Origin: Vicinamibacteria bacterium
GTDB taxonomy: Bacteria > Acidobacteriota > Vicinamibacteria > Marinacidobacterales > Marinacidobacteraceae
Reading direction: 5' to 3'
Assembly: GCA_964291235.2 (NCBI GenBank)
Contig: OZ219815.1
Span: 1,216,001-1,280,000 of the forward strand
Length of the DNA: 64,000 nucleotides
How positions within the stretch are numbered: the first letter of the stretch is position 1; each line of letters begins with the position of its first letter. The position numbers and the translations under genes are program-made. The notes beneath the pieces were generated by a model. That model did no database searches, was not told the origin of the DNA, and saw only the letters and a program-made list of their open reading frames with translations. Shown here one piece after another: positions 60,024 through 64,000 of this stretch.

Positions 60024-60156
60024 CATCGTGCGTGACCCGATGTTTCCGATAACGGAGATGTCCGGCTCGCCGATGCTGCTGTAGCAAGAGCACCTGACGT
60101 TTTGTGTCGCAGAACGTCACGCTAGACGCTTCCACCATTTCAACGGATCGATTTTT

Positions 60157-60276
60157 GTCCCGGTGACCTGAGCGGAGGGGCCACACCCGTTTCCATTCCG
60201 AACACGGCAGTAAAGTCCTCCAGCGCCGATGGTACTGCAGTGGAAGCGCTGTGGGAGAGTAGGTCGTCGCCGGGAC
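60157..60276 (+). rRNA. rrf: 5S rRNA
   Basis: CCATTCCGAAC, CGCCGATGGTACT, GAGAGTAGG; paired ends. Confidence 0.97.
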
Positions 60277-60574
60277 TCTCGATTCCGAAGGGAACGCCGA
60301 CCTCCAGGTCGGCACCCGCTGCGCGAGAGTGTGGCGGAACGTTCCTCGGCGCTCGCAAGGCACCGCGTATCCGGCGGGGAAGGCCTGCCTTCACGCCGGC
60401 ACCGCCGTTCTGCCGTTGGGGCCGGGCAGCGTTCGCTGAAGGCGGACGAAATTCCGGATACCCTCCACCGGAATGAAGCGGCGGCCTACGTCCCACGCGC
60501 GCGGCGTGCCTCGGCTGGCCGCGCCACGGGCGGAGCGATCACACGAACCGGATCTGCCAGTCCGCTTCCGGCGG

Positions 60575-62524
60575 ATGGCTGCTCGGTCCGGCTTGGTGTG
60601 CGTCGCCGCGGCCTTCCTTTGCGCGGCGCCGGCCCTCGCCCAGGAGTCCGGAGGCTCCGGGGAACCCCGTCCGGACTCGTTCGGGCTGGAGGCGCCCCGG
60701 GTGGTGCTGACCGGCGTGCCGTTCGAGGTCGTCGCCATCCCGCGGGATGAATCGGGCGACCCTCTCGCCGGATACTCCGGTATGCCGCGTCTCGGCGGTG
60801 TGGACGAATCCGGCGCCGGCGCCCGGCGGGGCGATGGAGCAGTCGTTTTCTCGAACGTCCAGGTCGGGGATAGCGGACGCTTCGAAATCTCTGCCGAAGA
60901 CGGCGCCGCGCGGGGAGCTACGCAAACCCGGGCGATGGCGGGAATCTGGTCGCTTGCCCCGCCGGTCGTCGCCATCCTGCTGGCCATCCTGTTCCGTCAG
61001 GTGGTGCTGGCGCTGGTTGCGGGTGTCTGGGTCGGCAGCACTTTCCTGCTCAACTTCAATCCCATAGCCGGCTTCTTCGAGGTGGGAAGTCGCTATGTCG
61101 TCGGTGCGGTGACCGACAGCGACCGCGCCCACATCATCATCTTCAGCATGATGTTCGGCGGCCTTGCCGGCATCCTCTCGCGGAGCGGTGGGGCGCGCGG
61201 TTTCGCGCAGCTCATCACGAGCTTTGCCCGCACTCCGCGCCGCGGCCAGGTGAGCACCATGCTCACCGCGCTTGTCGTCTTCTTCGACGACTACGCCAAC
61301 GTGATCATTCGCGGCAATCTGATGCGGCCGATTACCGACGGCCTCCGGGTCTCCCGCGAAAAGCTCGCCTTCTTGACCGATACGGGTGCGGCGTCGGTGG
61401 CCAGCACGGTGATCGTCTCCACCTGGGTTGGCTACGAGGTGGGACTCATCGACCAGGGGCTTGCGTTGATTGATTATCCGGAGGACGGGTACTCGGTCTT
61501 TTTGCGCACTATCCCCTACCGCTTCTACCCCATCTTCTCGTTTGCCCTGGCGCTCGCGGTCGGGTTCATGGGCCGCGACTTCGGTCCGATGCGCGTCGCC
61601 GAGGAGCGGGCGCGGCGCCTCGGGCAACCGCTCAGACCCGGTTCCGAGCCCGCGACCGAGGCGCTCGACGAGGATCCGGGAGTAGCGAAGGTCTCGTCGG
61701 GACTCTGGATGGCTGGGGTGTTTCCGATCGTGGCGGTTCTCGCCACCGCGGGCATCGCCATCTGGTTGACCGGCAGTAACGCCCTGGCTGCCGAAGGAGT
61801 CACCGCTTACGGACTCCGGGACATCGTGACCAACTCCGATTCCTACGTTGCCCTGCTCTGGGCCTCGGTGGCCGGCTGTGGAACGGGCATCGTGCTGGCG
61901 GTGGCCCGCCGCATCCTGACCATCGGAAGTGCGATCGGCGCCTGGATTGCGGGACTCAAATCCATGGTGCTGGCGATCGTGATCCTGATCCTCGCCTGGT
62001 GCATCGGGGACGTCACCGCGGAACTCCACGCGGCGCAGTACCTCGTCCAGGTTCTCCAGAATGTCCTCAATCCCAGTCTGCTGCCGACCCTCACCTTCGT
62101 GGTCGCCGGAGTGATGGCGTTCGCCACCGGAACCAGTTGGGCCACCATGGCGGTGCTCATGCCGCTCGTGATTCCGCTCGCCCATGCCCTCGCGCAAAAC
62201 GCCGGGCTGGCGGTCGCCGTTTCCGACCCGATCCTGATGGGCGTCGTCGGAGCCGTGCTGGCGGGTGCGGTGTTTGGTGACCACTGCTCACCGATTTCCG
62301 ACACCACGGTACTCAGCTCCATGGCCTCGGCCTGCGACCACCTGGATCACGTCAAGACGCAATTGCCCTACGCGCTGAGCGCTGCCGGAATTGCGATCGT
62401 GCTCGGCATCCTCCCCACCAGTTTCGGAGTTTCGCCCGGCATTGCGCTGATCGCCGGCACTGCCGCCGCGGTGCTGGTAGTGCGGCTGGCCGGCACCCGT
62501 ATCGAGGAAGGAGACGCCTCGTGA
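60575..62524 (+). CDS. Na+/H+ antiporter NhaC-family protein with N-terminal exported domain
   Basis: FFDDYAN, SREKLAF, FATGTSWAT, GAVFGDHCSPISDTT, HVKTQLPYA. Confidence 0.9.
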   Translation: MAARSGLVCVAAAFLCAAPALAQESGGSGEPRPDSFGLEAPRVVLTGVPFEVVAIPRDESGDPLAGYSGMPRLGGVDESGAGARRGDGAVVFSNVQVGDSGRFEISAEDGAARGATQTRAMAGIWSLAPPVVAILLAILFRQVVLALVAGVWVGSTFLLNFNPIAGFFEVGSRYVVGAVTDSDRAHIIIFSMMFGGLAGILSRSGGARGFAQLITSFARTPRRGQVSTMLTALVVFFDDYANVIIRGNLMRPITDGLRVSREKLAFLTDTGAASVASTVIVSTWVGYEVGLIDQGLALIDYPEDGYSVFLRTIPYRFYPIFSFALALAVGFMGRDFGPMRVAEERARRLGQPLRPGSEPATEALDEDPGVAKVSSGLWMAGVFPIVAVLATAGIAIWLTGSNALAAEGVTAYGLRDIVTNSDSYVALLWASVAGCGTGIVLAVARRILTIGSAIGAWIAGLKSMVLAIVILILAWCIGDVTAELHAAQYLVQVLQNVLNPSLLPTLTFVVAGVMAFATGTSWATMAVLMPLVIPLAHALAQNAGLAVAVSDPILMGVVGAVLAGAVFGDHCSPISDTTVLSSMASACDHLDHVKTQLPYALSAAGIAIVLGILPTSFGVSPGIALIAGTAAAVLVVRLAGTRIEEGDAS

Positions 62525-63519
62525 AGACCGTCCGGCTGGGTACCACCGGCCTCGAAGTGAGTCGGTTGACGCTTGGTTGCATGACCTACGGCGACCCCAA
62601 CTGGCGTTCGTGGATCCTTGACGAAGAGGCGTCCCGAGAGCACTTCCGGAAGGCGCTGGATCTCGGGATCAACTTCTTCGACACCGCCAACATGTACTCG
62701 AAGGGGGTGAGCGAGGAGATCACGGGCAAGATGCTCCGGGAGTTGGCCCACCGGGAGGACTACGTCCTGGCGACCAAGGTGTATTTCCCGGTCGCGAAGG
62801 GACCGAACCGCGGCGGCCTCTCCCGCAAACACATCCTGGCCGCCTGCGACGCTTCCCTGCGCCGGCTCGGTCTCGACTACATCGACCTCTACCAGATCCA
62901 CCGGTTCGACCACGAAACCCCCATCGAGGAGACGATCGAGGCACTCGATTCGCTCGTGAAGGCGGGGAAGGTCCGCTACCTGGGCGCGAGCAGCATGGCC
63001 GCCTGGGAATTCGCGACCATGCTCTTCACCGCGGACGCGATGGACATGTCGCGTTTCGTCTCGATGCAGAACCACCTGAATCTCGCCTACCGCGAAGAGG
63101 AGCGCGAGATGGTTCCGCTCTGTCTCGATCAGGGAGTCGGTCTGATTCCCTGGAGCCCGCTGGCGCGCGGATTTCTTGCGGGAAACCGCACCCGGACGCG
63201 CCGGGATCCGACTCCACGGGCGAAGGACGACGCCTACGCCGACCGGTTGTACTACGAAGAGGCCGATTTCAAGGTGCTGGACACCCTGATCGAGGTTTCC
63301 GCCCAGCTCGGGGAAAAACCCGCCAAGGTAGCCCTCGCCTGGCTGCTCTCCGTTCCCGGCGTCGATTCGGCGATCGTGGGCACCACCCGCACCGAACAGA
63401 TGGAGGAACTCGCGGCCGCCGTGGACCTGACGCTCGATGAGGAAACGATCGCGGCGCTGGAAGCGCCCTACATACCCCACCCGGTTCTGGGCCACGAACA
63501 ACCGGCGCCGCGGGACTGA
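62521..63519 (+). CDS. Aldo/keto reductase
   Basis: LGCMTYG, FFDTANMYS, LATK, DYIDLYQIHRFD, PWSPLARG. Confidence 0.95.
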   Translation: MKTVRLGTTGLEVSRLTLGCMTYGDPNWRSWILDEEASREHFRKALDLGINFFDTANMYSKGVSEEITGKMLRELAHREDYVLATKVYFPVAKGPNRGGLSRKHILAACDASLRRLGLDYIDLYQIHRFDHETPIEETIEALDSLVKAGKVRYLGASSMAAWEFATMLFTADAMDMSRFVSMQNHLNLAYREEEREMVPLCLDQGVGLIPWSPLARGFLAGNRTRTRRDPTPRAKDDAYADRLYYEEADFKVLDTLIEVSAQLGEKPAKVALAWLLSVPGVDSAIVGTTRTEQMEELAAAVDLTLDEETIAALEAPYIPHPVLGHEQPAPRD

Positions 63520-63535
63520 GTCTCCCGCGTTCCCG

Positions 63536-64000
63536 GTGCGGATCCTCGCCGGAATCCTGACCGTCGCGCTCGTTCCGCCCTTCGTGCGGGGGGCGACGCC
63601 GCAGGAATACCGTGACATTGCCGCGGAAGCCGGTCTGACGCTCGTGACCGGCACCGGGGGACCGGAAAAGAACCACATTGCCGAGTCCACCGGGACGGGA
63701 GTGGCGGTTCTCGACTACGACCAGGACGGCTTAGCGGACCTCTACTTTCCGAACGCGCCCGCCTGGGCGGATCCGGGCGGCGCCTGGGAGTACCGCACCG
63801 GCGCTCTCTACCGGAACGACGGACAGGGGGGCTTTACCGATGCAACAGAGGCCGCGGGCCTCGCTACCCCGATCTACGGCCAGGGCGCGGTGAGCGCCGA
63901 TTTCGACGGCGACGGTTTTCCCGATCTCTACGTGACCGCTCTCGGACCGAACCGACTGTTTCGCAACAACGGCGACGGAACGTTCGAGGAAACGGGAGAG
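63536..64000 (+). CDS. CRTAC1/ASPIC-UnbV FG-GAP repeat protein (runs off the window end)
   Basis: My translation: MRILAGILTV...ESTGTGVAVLDYDQDGLADLYF...LYRNDG...ADFDGDGFPDLYV...LFRNNGDGTF. Confidence 0.85.
   Translation, partial: MRILAGILTVALVPPFVRGATPQEYRDIAAEAGLTLVTGTGGPEKNHIAESTGTGVAVLDYDQDGLADLYFPNAPAWADPGGAWEYRTGALYRNDGQGGFTDATEAAGLATPIYGQGAVSADFDGDGFPDLYVTALGPNRLFRNNGDGTFEETGE

Overview
High-GC bacterial DNA, most likely Acidobacteriota (16S starts GAATCAACGCTGG; acidobacterial-type TonB receptor, CRTAC1 and TPR genes). There are three zones. (1) ~0.2-19.5 kb: the minus-strand backbone of an integrative/conjugative element whose left end lies outside the window. It has an AlpA regulator, RepB'-type primase, two ArdC paralogues, VirB2-3-4-9-10-5-6-8, VirD4 and VirB11. 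I see no canonical HUH relaxase; instead there are two wHTH/PD-(D/E)XK-like proteins, a palindrome-rich oriT-like spacer and a degenerate 8-mer repeat array. (2) ~19.7-26.2 kb: visibly lower-GC cargo with a HEPN pair and a compact bacterial ubiquitination-like operon (Ubl ending in TDQS, E2-E1 fusion, Cys/His-rich DUF6527-like protein), followed by an HsdR-N-like nuclease, a possible att end, an autotransporter remnant and an EEP nuclease. (3) ~26.6-64 kb: chromosomal genes (acyl-CoA dehydrogenase/desulfinase, RAPP-leader ABC operon, solA, SNF2, argGH, TonB receptor, purMN, tyrS), a full 16S-Ile-Ala-23S-5S rRNA operon and two MITE-like copies. The best candidate for an uncharacterised system is the Ubl/E2-E1/DUF6527(+nuclease) operon. 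All family calls come from motifs recognised by eye; no searches were run.
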